64,000 nt of DNA from Thermoproteota archaeon. Its GTDB lineage: Archaea; Korarchaeota; Korarchaeia; Korarchaeales; JAOZGB01. The stretch lies in assembly GCA_037917685.1 (NCBI GenBank), contig JAVCBU010000006.1:128001-192000 (forward strand). Direction: 5' to 3'. Positions 30,129 to 40,134 of the stretch are shown here, piece after piece. Within the stretch, counting starts at the first letter, position 1. The number at the start of each line of letters is the position of its first letter. A program made the position numbers and the translations under genes. The notes under the pieces are model-generated. The model saw only the letters and a list, made by a program, of their open reading frames with translations. It was not told the origin of the DNA and ran no database searches.

Positions 30129-30824
30129 TTGTGTAGAATGAGGTTTGTTTTACTTATAGGTGGGTTTCTGTTTGACCAGCCCTATACTAGTAGAGTGGGC
30201 TTGTTTAAGCAATATAGGGATTTGATATTAGAGCTTTCAAAAAGTCATGAGTTTTGTGTCGTAACAGGCGGGGGTTCTCTAGCAAGAGAGTCTATTAAAC
30301 TCTTAGATTCGTTTGGCGTGTGTCCTACCATTAAAGATAAAATAGGTATAATGGTAACAGTCTTGAATGCTTCTATACTAACTTATATACTTCAACCCAA
30401 AGCTGTTTACATAGACCTGGATAGGATAGACGATGCAATTCATCATCTTAAGGCTGGTAAAATTGTTGTTACTGGTGGGCTGTCTCCTGGACAATCTACG
30501 GATGCCGTGGCGGCTCTCCTTAGCGAGCTTATAGGTGCGGAGATTCTGATCAAGGCTACCGATGTAGACGGCCTATACTCTACAGATCCACGTATAGATA
30601 AGAATGCGGTTAAGATAGACAATATATCAGTTAATGAATTGATTAAACTTCTAAGTAAACAGAATTTCAGCCCGGGAACCTATGAGATATTCGACCTTGT
30701 TGCCGCCAAGATTCTTAAAAGATCTGGTATACCATGTAGAATCGTTGATGGTCGAAATGTTGAAAATGTTTTGTACGCTATCAATGGTAAGGAAATAGGA
30801 ACTTTAATATTTTCAAGTGGGTAG
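30129..30824 (+). CDS. pyrH: UMP kinase
   Basis: VTGGG, PGQSTDAVAA, TDVDGLYSTDP, PGTYEIFD. Confidence 0.93.
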   Translation: MCRMRFVLLIGGFLFDQPYTSRVGLFKQYRDLILELSKSHEFCVVTGGGSLARESIKLLDSFGVCPTIKDKIGIMVTVLNASILTYILQPKAVYIDLDRIDDAIHHLKAGKIVVTGGLSPGQSTDAVAALLSELIGAEILIKATDVDGLYSTDPRIDKNAVKIDNISVNELIKLLSKQNFSPGTYEIFDLVAAKILKRSGIPCRIVDGRNVENVLYAINGKEIGTLIFSSG

Positions 30825-30838
30825 GGAGGTAGTTAAGT

Positions 30839-31162
30839 ATGCGTTGGCGGGAGGTTTCGTTAACAGGCTTTATTATTGGTGAACTCATATATGGTTTGAT
30901 ATACTCTGTGATAGTCTTTATAGTATCGCTTGCGATCGGAGAATACGGGGTATGGGTTTTCCTCCAGTGGATGCTAGACCCTGAGAAGATTTATCGTTAC
31001 TTCTACATTGTGGTTGGAATAGTTTCAACACTGTTTTGTGTAGTGCCGATGTATAACAAGCGTTTTGTTCAATTGCTGGGTGTAGTTCTATTCTTGATAA
31101 TTTTCTGGCTTCTCCTAACGAAAAAGTTCGGATATGACCCGATAACAACATTCTTTGGATAA
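30839..31162 (+). CDS. Hypothetical membrane protein
   Basis: 107-aa ORF with GGAGGT RBS and three hydrophobic segments. Confidence 0.7.
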   Translation: MRWREVSLTGFIIGELIYGLIYSVIVFIVSLAIGEYGVWVFLQWMLDPEKIYRYFYIVVGIVSTLFCVVPMYNKRFVQLLGVVLFLIIFWLLLTKKFGYDPITTFFG

Positions 31163-31269
31163 AAGGGTGCTCCGGTATAGGTTTAAATATCGGTTTAAAT
31201 TTCCCGTTTTAATAAGAAAATCTTAGTTTGTCTGCAAATAAATTACAAAATTAATTAGCTATTTTACGA

Positions 31270-32040
31270 CTAACCAAATCTTCCGTTGATATAATCTTTG
31301 GTTAATTTGTTTTTGGGGTTTGTGAATATTTTTTGTGTGGATCCATGCTCTATGAGGTTTCCCAGATAAAGGAACGCCGTGTAGTCGGAAACGCGGGTTG
31401 CTTGTTGCATGTTATGCGTGACCACAACTACAGTATAATTATTTTTTAATGTTCGGATTAGTTCTTCGATTTTTCTGGTTGTTGTTGGATCTAGGGCTGA
31501 GCATGGTTCGTCCATTAATAGTACTTCTGGCTTTACGGCTAATGCCCTTGCTATGCAAAGCCTTTGTTGCTGGCCAACTGATAATTCAAATGCGGAATCG
31601 TGGAGTCGGTCATGCACATCGTCCCATAATCCGACTACACGTAAACATTTCTCTACTACTCTGTCTAAAGCCTTCCTGTCCTTCACCCCGTGTATTCTAG
31701 GTCCGTATGCAACATTTTCGTAAATTGATTTTGGAAGGGGATTTGGCTTTTGGAAAACCATGCCAACTCGTTTCCTTAAATCTGTAAGGTCTATTCCCGG
31801 ATTGTAAATGTTTTTCCCATTAAGCAAAACCTTTCCACTAACACGTGCTCCATCGACCAGCTCGATAAGACGGTTTAACGTCATAAGGAAGGTGGATTTT
31901 CCGCAACCAGAAGGCCCAATAATGGCTGTAACTCTCCTTTCCGGAATCTTTATGTTGATGTCCTTTAGGACGTGGTTGTCTCCGTACCAGACGTTTAGAT
32001 TATCGACCTCTATTTTGGCTCTCATAGCTACCACTTCCAT
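31270..32040 (-). CDS. pstB: Phosphate ABC transporter ATPase
   Basis: [39 protein letters not shown]. Confidence 0.97.
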   Translation of the reverse strand: MEVVAMRAKIEVDNLNVWYGDNHVLKDINIKIPERRVTAIIGPSGCGKSTFLMTLNRLIELVDGARVSGKVLLNGKNIYNPGIDLTDLRKRVGMVFQKPNPLPKSIYENVAYGPRIHGVKDRKALDRVVEKCLRVVGLWDDVHDRLHDSAFELSVGQQQRLCIARALAVKPEVLLMDEPCSALDPTTTRKIEELIRTLKNNYTVVVVTHNMQQATRVSDYTAFLYLGNLIEHGSTQKIFTNPKNKLTKDYINGRFG

Positions 32041-32864
32041 TTTTTACGGTAGTGAACTCTCATCAAATATGCAAAAATATTGAGTATCACAACCACTCCA
32101 AGCAGAACGAGGGCCATTGCGAAAGCACGATCGAGAGATACGCTTGGGCTAGCTACTAATAGTGTGTAAAGTTGGTACGTGAGAACCATAACGGGCTGAA
32201 AAGGCGTAGAAGGTAGTCCTTTCATTAGGAAAACGGAGCATGTGAAAAGAATAGCCGCTGTTTCGCCAGCAATTCTGCTTATCCCAAGTATAGTGCTTGT
32301 TGCAAGCCCGGGCGTCGCCGTTGGCAAGACGACGTCCTTTATCACCCTCCATTTCGGGGCTCCTAAGGCTTCGGCGGCTACCCTGAAACTTTTAGGCACC
32401 ATCCTTAAGGCTTCTTGGGATCCCTTAACTATTATTGGAAGTACCATACAGGTGAGTGTTAGCCATCCTGAAAGGAGAGATATTCCAAGCCCCAGGAACC
32501 TGCAGAAGAATGCATATCCGAAAAGCCCGAAAACTATTGACGGAACTCCAGCCAAGTTATTCATCGCTTGAGTAATCATTCGGTTCACTCGGCCTTTTGG
32601 AGCGTATTCCACGAGGTACACAGCGGTAGCCACGCCTAGCGGTGAGGCTATGACTAGAGTTCCGGCTAAGAGGTAAAGAGTCCCTATCACCGATTCGTAT
32701 ATTCCTCCCTTATGAACACTCGTGGTCAACATCTTCCAGTTTACTGCCGGCAAACCTTCAATTCCAATAAACAGGATTATTGAAAGGAAAGCTAGAAGCA
32801 AAATGACTGCTGGGAAAGCAAGCAAGAACGAAATTGCCTTCTCCTTAACGAATTTGGTTTTCAT
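32028..32864 (-). CDS. pstA: Phosphate ABC transporter permease
   Basis: [20 protein letters not shown]. Confidence 0.95.
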   Translation of the reverse strand: MKTKFVKEKAISFLLAFPAVILLLAFLSIILFIGIEGLPAVNWKMLTTSVHKGGIYESVIGTLYLLAGTLVIASPLGVATAVYLVEYAPKGRVNRMITQAMNNLAGVPSIVFGLFGYAFFCRFLGLGISLLSGWLTLTCMVLPIIVKGSQEALRMVPKSFRVAAEALGAPKWRVIKDVVLPTATPGLATSTILGISRIAGETAAILFTCSVFLMKGLPSTPFQPVMVLTYQLYTLLVASPSVSLDRAFAMALVLLGVVVILNIFAYLMRVHYRKKWKW

Positions 32865-33787
32865 ATTTGGACCGTCCCCTTTGGAGCCTTTCTTAGAATG
32901 AAATCCGCAATGGCATTAACTATGAATGTAATGGTGAAGAGTATAACACCCAACCCAAACAAAGCATGGTAGTGCAAGCTTCCCCAGGCTACTTCTCCCA
33001 TATCTAAAGCTATGGCGGCCGTTAAGGTATGGACTGGTTCAAAATAGTTCCAAGGCGGAGATGGAATCTTAGGTACGCATCCGCACACCATTAAAACGGC
33101 TACAGTTTCTCCTATGGCTCTTCCGAAGGCGAGCAGTATGGAAGCCACAATGCCTGGCTTCGCTGTCGGAAGGACCACAGACCTCAAAGTTTGCCATTTG
33201 GTTGCGCCGAGCGCCAATGAAGCCTTTCGGTACTCCTTTGGAACAGAAAAGATAACTTCGCTGGAAATGCTTACAATTGTCGGCACGGTCATTATTGACA
33301 AGATTATGGAGGCTGTTAGCGCGACCTTTCCAAAACTTAAATTGAAAAACTCCATGATTCTGGGAGCCAGAAACACGAATCCGAAAAATCCGTAAACTAT
33401 GGACGGAATGGCAGCCAATAACTCTATTATTGGTTTTAACAAATCTCCTAACCAGCGAGGGGCATATTCCGCTAGGAACACGGCGGTAAAAATACCCAGC
33501 GGAACAGAAATTACAAGGCTTCCAAAAACTATCATAAGCGAACCGTAAAGAAGTGGAAAGGCTCCAAAACTCCTGTAATATGGCTCCCACCTTTGCCCAA
33601 ACAAAAAGTTTGAAAGACCCATACTCGTGAATGCTGGTGCCCCCTCCTTTAAAACAAAAGCAGTTATCAGAAATAGAATCAGAACTGAGGCTGATGCTAA
33701 TATAAATAGGACTATTTCTGCCTTATCTTCAATGTAAATCTTGGGATTCTTGAAGTATAAAAATTTGGAGTTTTTCAGAGGCATCAA
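32861..33787 (-). CDS. pstC: Phosphate ABC transporter permease
   Basis: ELLAAIPSIVYGFFG, GRAIGETVAV. Confidence 0.95.
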   Translation of the reverse strand: MMPLKNSKFLYFKNPKIYIEDKAEIVLFILASASVLILFLITAFVLKEGAPAFTSMGLSNFLFGQRWEPYYRSFGAFPLLYGSLMIVFGSLVISVPLGIFTAVFLAEYAPRWLGDLLKPIIELLAAIPSIVYGFFGFVFLAPRIMEFFNLSFGKVALTASIILSIMTVPTIVSISSEVIFSVPKEYRKASLALGATKWQTLRSVVLPTAKPGIVASILLAFGRAIGETVAVLMVCGCVPKIPSPPWNYFEPVHTLTAAIALDMGEVAWGSLHYHALFGLGVILFTITFIVNAIADFILRKAPKGTVQI

Positions 33788-33796
33788 ATGCTCACC

Positions 33797-34744
33797 TTAT
33801 TCTTTTGGGTAAATGGCTATGTACCCGCATTGCTCAACCAATTTTTGGCCTTCCGGGCTCTTCACAAAATCTATGAAGCGGTCGGTTAGGGAACCGCTCT
33901 CCGGAATCCCGCTAGTCACCATGTATAGGTACCTTGAGAGCGGATAAACTCCTTCTTTTACGTTTTCGTATGTTGGAGCATAGAAGGGCCCGTTGCTTTC
34001 TTCGGCTACGTTGATGGCTTCAATATTACCCCATAGGAAGCCTAGGCCAATATAGCCTATGGAGTAGGGTGTTTGCTCCACACTCTGTCTCATTGCGGGA
34101 TTGCTTGGAACCTCCGATGCACCAGTCGTAACTTCGAGACCGAAGGGCTCCATACAGAATTCTTCGAATGTCGCTCTAGTTCCTGAACCATGTTCCCGTA
34201 CAAACACTACAATATCTTCGTTTGGAAGACCTTCCTTGACTTGGCTCCATTTTGAGTACACCCCGGCGAAAATCTTTCCAATCTCTTCTAGAGTTAGATT
34301 TAACGGGCCGTTTAAGCCTTCCGTCACGCTGGGATGCACAATTACAGCTATTCCGTCTATGGCTATCTCGTGAAGAATAAATGTTACTCCTTTCTGCCTT
34401 GCCGCATCCAATTCGCTTGGTTTAGGTTTTCTGGAAGCATCTGCGATGTCGCACAAGCCGTCGATGAGTTCACTGTAACCCCGACCGCTTCCGCCACCTT
34501 CAACTACTATACTAGTCGTATTGTATAATTCCATAAACCTGATTGCGCATGCATTAGCTATTGGAAGAACCGTAGTTGATCCCACAACCCTTATGCTCTG
34601 GTGTCTCCAAGTGCTATCTTGAGGAAAGGATTGCTGAATAGCTCCTTGATTCAGCAGCATTGGAGCTAAAATAAACGTCCCAATTAATAGTCCAGCTATT
34701 AGCATTGAAATGCTTAAAGCCGATATTTTTGCAGATACTCTCAT
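33797..34744 (-). CDS. pstS: Phosphate ABC transporter substrate-binding protein
   Basis: GSTTV, GGGSGRG, REHGSGTR, YPLSRYLY; start likely 34744. Confidence 0.95.
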   Translation of the reverse strand: MRVSAKISALSISMLIAGLLIGTFILAPMLLNQGAIQQSFPQDSTWRHQSIRVVGSTTVLPIANACAIRFMELYNTTSIVVEGGGSGRGYSELIDGLCDIADASRKPKPSELDAARQKGVTFILHEIAIDGIAVIVHPSVTEGLNGPLNLTLEEIGKIFAGVYSKWSQVKEGLPNEDIVVFVREHGSGTRATFEEFCMEPFGLEVTTGASEVPSNPAMRQSVEQTPYSIGYIGLGFLWGNIEAINVAEESNGPFYAPTYENVKEGVYPLSRYLYMVTSGIPESGSLTDRFIDFVKSPEGQKLVEQCGYIAIYPKE

Positions 34745-34818
34745 AGATTTCACCAAAAATATTAATATGGCAATAATTATATAGTTTCTCGCCGTAACCT
34801 CAATAGACGTAAGACAAA

Positions 34819-34837
34819 TATGTAGATCTATGTAGAT
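34819..34837. promoter_or_regulatory. TATGTAGAT tandem repeat in pstS/phoU divergent promoter
   Basis: Two copies with 10-bp period, just upstream of the phoU GGTGA RBS. Confidence 0.4.
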
Positions 34838-34855
34838 TATTATTAGGTGAAATCC

Positions 34856-35881
34856 ATGAAAGGTTCCTCGCAACTAAGAAAGGTTCAACTGACAGGCGGT
34901 TCAACATATGTGGTTTCACTGCCTAAGAATTGGGCGAGAGTCGCGGGCATAAAACCGGGAGACTATGTGCAATTAATTCTCCAGCCTGACATGTCTCTAT
35001 TAATAGTTCCGGGAGAAGGAAAGAAAAAGGAGGAACTCTCTGAAGTCCTTATAGATGCGTCCCTAGCAGAAAATCCAGAGGATATAGCAAGAGAGTTCAT
35101 AGCTTGTTACTTAGTTGGTTATGACATAGTGCGTCTAAGGCTTGGAAGAAAAGCGGCCGAGCTCCGCACTTACATTAAGAATGTGATGAGGCACAAACTA
35201 GTAGGCGTAGAAATAATAGCTGAATCAGCTAATTACATGGCAGCCCGATGCTTGCTCGGGCACGTCGAGTTTCCGGTTAAGGATGCACTAAGCCGAATGC
35301 ACACGATGGCCTTATCGATGCATAAAGATGCAATAGTAGCCTTAAGGGAAAGGGACATTTCTCTAGCACATGATGTGGTGCAAAGAGACGACGAAATAGA
35401 CCGCCTCTACTTCTTCGTTGTTAGACAACTGAAAATGGTAGTTGAAAAAAGGTTTATGATAGAGGAAATGGGCTTGAAAAGCCTAAGGGACTGCTTAGGC
35501 TACAGGCTGGTCGCCAAAAGCATCGAAAGAATAGCGGATCATGCTGCAAGAATGGCTCAAACGATAACGACCATGGAATACCAAAGCATTCCAGACGGCA
35601 TTATGGCCCTAACTACTAATATGAGTGCACTCTCAACAGAGATCTGCCAGAATGCCATGAAAGCTCTCTATCAGCTTAACACTAAAAAAGCGAATCAAGC
35701 AATAGCGGAAACCGCCCAAATCACCGAACTAGAAGAGAAGGCGATAAAACTAATCTTAGAAACCAAGCTACACATTACAGTAGTTATCGGTTTAAGGCTA
35801 ATATTGGAAAGCATCCGAAGGGCAGCAGAATATGGTGCAGACATAGCAGAAATAGCTATAAATCTTACAAAAAAGCTATGA
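34856..35881 (+). CDS. phoU: AbrB-PhoU phosphate uptake regulator
   Basis: RKVQLTGGSTYVVSLPK AbrB domain; DDEIDRLY, ERIADH PhoU repeats. Confidence 0.93.
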   Translation: MKGSSQLRKVQLTGGSTYVVSLPKNWARVAGIKPGDYVQLILQPDMSLLIVPGEGKKKEELSEVLIDASLAENPEDIAREFIACYLVGYDIVRLRLGRKAAELRTYIKNVMRHKLVGVEIIAESANYMAARCLLGHVEFPVKDALSRMHTMALSMHKDAIVALRERDISLAHDVVQRDDEIDRLYFFVVRQLKMVVEKRFMIEEMGLKSLRDCLGYRLVAKSIERIADHAARMAQTITTMEYQSIPDGIMALTTNMSALSTEICQNAMKALYQLNTKKANQAIAETAQITELEEKAIKLILETKLHITVVIGLRLILESIRRAAEYGADIAEIAINLTKKL

Positions 35882-36124
35882 GCTTCACGCAAATCCAGTT
35901 TATGATAAGAATAGTACTCTAGCTAGGTCGTAATTGCAATCATGAGAAAAGATATTAACTCTTAGGGGGTAGTGGATTTCTTTCAAAACTTCTTGCTGAC
36001 ATGTACAAGTGTTACAAGAAAAACTAGGGTAAGGGTTGTGAAAAGAGTGAAATCCTGAAATCCAATTTTTCACGTCTATTTCCAAAAAATATCCACAGAA
36101 CATGGAGAAAGACGCAGATTAAAA

Positions 36125-36214
36125 TGGTGCTCCGGGCGGGATTTGAACCCGCGTCTACGGCTCGAGAGGCCGTTATGCTTTCGGTCAGTGTTGGCCGGGC
36201 TACACCACCGGAGC
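36125..36214 (-). tRNA. tRNA-Glu(CTC) with 12-nt D-loop intron (36180-36191) and encoded CCA
   Basis: ACGGC-CT-CTC-GA-GCCGT; BHB-like CGGC/CAA...ACCG/AAA. Confidence 0.92.
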
Positions 36215-36216
36215 AA

Positions 36217-36801
36217 TTAAGTATAGTCACTTCTAAATTTATAACCTTTGAGCCTCAACCTTATACTATTCAGAAGTTTTATATTCTCCTCTGTTAACCA
36301 GTTTACATGGTCATTAATGTCTCTTCCTTCAAGTATCTGCTTTACTAACTTGACTGTTTGTAGCGGTGTTCTTTTTGAAACGTCTATTTCTAAGGTTTTA
36401 ATTCCCCTGTGACGGGCTTCCCATGTTATTACTCCGATTATCTCTGCCTCTAAATTTTCTAATATTTTGTGCCTATTTTCCTGGTCGTATCTTCGAAGTA
36501 GTCTTTTGTATAATAGTTTAGGTTCACATCTTAGCACTATCGCAATCTCTACTGGCAGTAGGTGAGAGATATGGCCTTCCAAAATAACTGTTTCTACTGT
36601 CTTAATATCTCTTACATACCTTTCTAAGCCCTCTATATCGGCTATCCTATCCCCTTCTTCTGATCTAAGGCTGAATCTCTCTATTATTAGCTTGTTGAGG
36701 TTTATTACTCTGATATCTCTATGGGTAGCTAATAAGTTAGCTATTGTGCTTTTACCGACACAGGGTACCCCTGTGAGAGCTACTAATTTATAGATCCCCA
36801 T
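36217..36801 (-). CDS. Adenylate kinase, AK6/Fap7 type
   Basis: TGVPCVGKST, LEGH, VLRCEP, ENLEAE. Confidence 0.9.
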   Translation of the reverse strand: MGIYKLVALTGVPCVGKSTIANLLATHRDIRVINLNKLIIERFSLRSEEGDRIADIEGLERYVRDIKTVETVILEGHISHLLPVEIAIVLRCEPKLLYKRLLRRYDQENRHKILENLEAEIIGVITWEARHRGIKTLEIDVSKRTPLQTVKLVKQILEGRDINDHVNWLTEENIKLLNSIRLRLKGYKFRSDYT

Positions 36802-38537
36802 ATCTCTTCTCTTAAATTTCTTAATAATAAGTCATTAATTTTGAGAGTTCTTTTAGGTGGTTCGATCTTCACAGGATAGGCTTCTGGTTGATCCTTCAGT
36901 TTTAATAATGCGCAAGATTGTGGTAGGGATAATAATACCGTGCTTTGTTCCTTGTTTAGATTTAGTTGTCCTTGTAATAACCTAGCATCGCTAGTGGCCC
37001 CGATTGTGTGAACTATTTTTGTTGCTGTATTTATTATTATGTTTCTAGGGAGGTTTAAAGGTGATTGGGAGATTATGATAAAACCCTCACCAAATTTTCT
37101 TAGTTCAGATACCACCCTCTCTCCGATGCCTATCTGACCTTCAGGCTTTTTCCGTATTAGTTTTTCAGCTTCCTCTATCACTGTTACGTGGGTTAATGTT
37201 TCCGATTTTTTCTTAACCCTATAATCGTAGAGCAGCTTTAGAATTATATAGCTTAGGAAGTTTCTATGTTCATCATTCCTTAGGTGCGCCAATTCGATGC
37301 TAACAGGTTTGTCTAATATTCTTTCTAAATCCCAAACACTTTCAGAGTTAAGTATTCTTCCTAGTTGACCTCTAGTTAGCATCTCCAACCTTCTTAGTAT
37401 GGCTTTTTTTATTTCATACTCGGAAACAGACTGTTCTTTTAGGTTTTTTATACAATCAACAAGATCTCTGAGTGTAGGTTCTGTTTTTTCAGGGTCGAAC
37501 ATTGTATATAGGGTCTTAAGCGCTTTAGAAAGCAAGTAACACTGTGGCTGGGTTAGGGAATAAGTATCTTCAAATATACCTATTAGGAAGTCTATATGCT
37601 CGTCAACATCGATGCCTCTACGGATCTTAAGGGGATTAATAGTCAATGGAGAAATTTCAACACCTGGGGTGAAAACTTCCCCACCGAGAGGGACAACAAC
37701 GTCTCTGTACTCATTATGATAGTCTAAGATAAGTGAAGGGATTCCTCTAAGCCAAAGGTTTGTAATTATTCTTTTAGCAGTCGTAGATTTACCGCTACCA
37801 GTTCTCCCAAAAATGGCGATGTGGCTTAAAAAATCAGTTAAACCTATTCTTACAGGGTAATCCTTGGTTCCAGGCCATATATATCCTATTTTTATTCCTT
37901 TCTTTCGAGATATCGGTGTGGGGAATTCAACTCCTCTCAGAAGAACCATGTCCCTTTCTACTTTTATAGGTAGATTTAGGGTTTTCTCAACAGTTTGAAT
38001 TTTACCGCTGCTCGATGGATGTCTGAACAGTACGATTTTTCTTAATTCTTCTAAGCTCTGTTTTTTGTTCAAAATTTTAGCATTAAGCTGAGGGATTATT
38101 GCCTCGGTAATAGCTTTTATTTCATAAGCTTTTTGAACATTATTTTTCGCTCCCCATATCCACAGGGTTAAATCATATTTTAGTTTTTCATTATCTAAAT
38201 ATCTACCTTTTCCTATTTTGATAACGAACATGAAGTTTGGTGTCATGTTGATAAGTTTATTTATTAAGGCTCCCCAGCTGTTCCCTATATCTTTAACATT
38301 AGTTACATCTTCATTTATTTCTAATTTAATACAAGAAAAGTTGTTGGGTATATGTTTATTTCTTTTGATTTTTAGCAGGTAGTACATAGTCAGGTTCATT
38401 GCTATAATAAGGGTTAAGTAACTTATCATTCGCATGTTAAGTTCAATTCTTATATTGATCGTTTTATACAATCTGATAAGTAGCCCAAGTATAAACAATA
38501 GTAAATAGAAACTTATTTCTTTATTTCTCTTGTTCAA
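36783..38537 (-). CDS. Membrane-anchored HerA/VirB4-like ATPase
   Basis: Two N-terminal hydrophobic segments; HIAIFGRTGSGKST, LDYHNEY, VIEEAE, ELRKFG, ISQSP. Confidence 0.88.
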   Translation of the reverse strand: MNKRNKEISFYLLLFILGLLIRLYKTINIRIELNMRMISYLTLIIAMNLTMYYLLKIKRNKHIPNNFSCIKLEINEDVTNVKDIGNSWGALINKLINMTPNFMFVIKIGKGRYLDNEKLKYDLTLWIWGAKNNVQKAYEIKAITEAIIPQLNAKILNKKQSLEELRKIVLFRHPSSSGKIQTVEKTLNLPIKVERDMVLLRGVEFPTPISRKKGIKIGYIWPGTKDYPVRIGLTDFLSHIAIFGRTGSGKSTTAKRIITNLWLRGIPSLILDYHNEYRDVVVPLGGEVFTPGVEISPLTINPLKIRRGIDVDEHIDFLIGIFEDTYSLTQPQCYLLSKALKTLYTMFDPEKTEPTLRDLVDCIKNLKEQSVSEYEIKKAILRRLEMLTRGQLGRILNSESVWDLERILDKPVSIELAHLRNDEHRNFLSYIILKLLYDYRVKKKSETLTHVTVIEEAEKLIRKKPEGQIGIGERVVSELRKFGEGFIIISQSPLNLPRNIIINTATKIVHTIGATSDARLLQGQLNLNKEQSTVLLSLPQSCALLKLKDQPEAYPVKIEPPKRTLKINDLLLRNLREEIWGSIN

Positions 38538-38649
38538 TTTTCTTAAGCCTCATTTCAATGTACTCTATTTTCTTATAAATTTCTAAGATCATTTCCGTAA
38601 ATCTTGCTAATTCCCATTCTATTTCCGCTATTTTATTTTCTCTTTTCAT
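38521..38649 (-). CDS. Small coiled-coil protein (42 aa, not in ORF track)
   Basis: MKRENKIAEIEWELARFTEMILEIYKKIEYIEMRLKKIEQEK; ATGA overlap with upstream stop. Confidence 0.6.
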   Translation of the reverse strand: MKRENKIAEIEWELARFTEMILEIYKKIEYIEMRLKKIEQEK

Positions 38650-39458
38650 ATGTTCTCCCTTATAATTTTATTATAATCTCTTATAGTTGTCTCATGAACT
38701 TTAAACTTTTTTGCCAATAATTCTTCAGTTAACATCTTTTTCAGATTGGTATCCCTTGTAGCAAGGTATACCGCCGAGATTGCAAGGATATAAGGGTTTT
38801 TCCCTACTATTCCTCTTTTTCGTATGTTTTCTAGCATTAATTCTGCCTTTGCTTTAACTTTGTCTAAGATTCCTGTTTCAATAATGTTTCTTAAACTATC
38901 GTCAAGATACCACGCTTCTTGTAATTCAGCTATTATTCTTCTAACGTATTCTTTCGGCATTACCACGTTCTTGAACCTTCGCCCATTTGGTGTCAACATG
39001 ATTCTTCCCATATTTTTCATCAATGTTTTCTTCTTGAGATTATATCCTAACTTTTGGAAACTTTCCATAACTTTTGTTACGGGAATAGGAGAGATATGCT
39101 TATACCGCCTTGTTCCCAATATCAACGCTATAGCAGCAAGATAAACATAATTAGTTAGATGAAGTTTCCTTTTATCAGCAAGTAGACTCTTAAAAATATA
39201 TTCCACGTGTAACCTTACCGGTTTAGGTAGATTAAACTGTTCACAAAGGGCCTTAAGTATTTTGTAGGAATTTAAAGCATAGGGGGTATAGATACTAGTT
39301 GGGATTCCTACTACATGTATCCTATCACGATCATCACACCATGACTTTTTTTCGAAGATTGTCTGAGGATGGACTAGGCCACATTTAGGACAAACAAGGT
39401 CCCAGCCATCTATTATTAGTATTTCTCCGCACTTCTCGCATCTTTGGTTTCGACTCAT
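38646..39458 (-). CDS. Divergent transcription factor IIB (TFB) paralog
   Basis: CEKC...VCPKCGLV zinc ribbon; cyclin repeats with GKNPYILA..AVYLA and VHETTIR. Confidence 0.8.
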   Translation of the reverse strand: MSRNQRCEKCGEILIIDGWDLVCPKCGLVHPQTIFEKKSWCDDRDRIHVVGIPTSIYTPYALNSYKILKALCEQFNLPKPVRLHVEYIFKSLLADKRKLHLTNYVYLAAIALILGTRRYKHISPIPVTKVMESFQKLGYNLKKKTLMKNMGRIMLTPNGRRFKNVVMPKEYVRRIIAELQEAWYLDDSLRNIIETGILDKVKAKAELMLENIRKRGIVGKNPYILAISAVYLATRDTNLKKMLTEELLAKKFKVHETTIRDYNKIIRENI

Positions 39459-39535
39459 ACATGGAAATATCTTACAAGCTAGTATAAATTACTTTAAGAA
39501 CAAATAACTTATTAGAATAGTATTTATAGCTATAG

Positions 39536-39644
39536 GGAGGGGGTGACTTAAAGTTGCTAATTTTTTTGAATTAAGAGTTGAGACTAACACCCCGGTGGTA
39601 ACACCGAGGAGGGGGTGACTTAAAGTTGCTAATTTTTTTGAATT
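39536..39644. repeat. Perfect 37-bp direct repeat x2 with 35-bp hairpin-containing spacer
   Basis: GGAGGGGGTGACTTAAAGTTGCTAATTTTTTTGAATT at 39536-39572 and 39608-39644. Confidence 0.95.
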
Positions 39645-39674
39645 TTTAGGATAAGTAGTTGATGTGGTGTCTCA

Positions 39675-40103
39675 TTGGAGAGTCCGGATAGACTTTTCTT
39701 AAAGGAAATGTTAGGTATGTTAGGTAGGGAAGTTATTGTCAAATCCTCTGGCAATAAGACTTACAGAGGGATACTAAAAGGATATAACTCTAAAAACATG
39801 AGTTTATCCCTAATTAATGTTGAATCTTCAGATGGCACGAGATATCATAGAATGATAATTGCTGGGCATAACGTGCTTGAAATTTACCAGCTTGAGCCTC
39901 CCCTGAATTTAGAAGAGCTTGCAGAGAGACTTAAGCAAGTTTTTAAAGGGGATCTTGTGCATTATGATAAGGAAAATAAGGTGATTAGCATAATGCACGA
40001 CCAGGTTCGCGTTACTGAGCAAGGTGTTAAAGGAAGCGGTCCAGCATATGAGCGTGTTAAAAAAATGTTTGAAGATTTCGTCAAAGAGAAGAGAGGAGGT
40101 TAA
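39675..40103 (+). CDS. Sm-like protein with C-terminal domain (SmAP3-like)
   Basis: Sm fold LGREVIV..YRGILKGY..NMSLSL plus C-terminal ...VRVTEQGVKGSGP. Confidence 0.85.
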   Translation: MESPDRLFLKEMLGMLGREVIVKSSGNKTYRGILKGYNSKNMSLSLINVESSDGTRYHRMIIAGHNVLEIYQLEPPLNLEELAERLKQVFKGDLVHYDKENKVISIMHDQVRVTEQGVKGSGPAYERVKKMFEDFVKEKRGG

Positions 40104-40134
40104 GTACTCCAATAATCTAGTGAACCAATGAATA

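Larger units (their letters stand above)
31161..36135. mobile_element. Putative tRNA-Glu-targeted island carrying pstSCAB-phoU
   Basis: AAAAGGGTGCTCCGG (31161-31175) vs tRNA 3' end AAAATGGTGCTCCGG (36121-36135); no integrase visible. Confidence 0.45.

Noticed and set aside
39536-39644. CRISPR array call
   Set aside because: Only two repeats, no GAAA(C/G) end, no cas genes in the window; kept as an unexplained repeat
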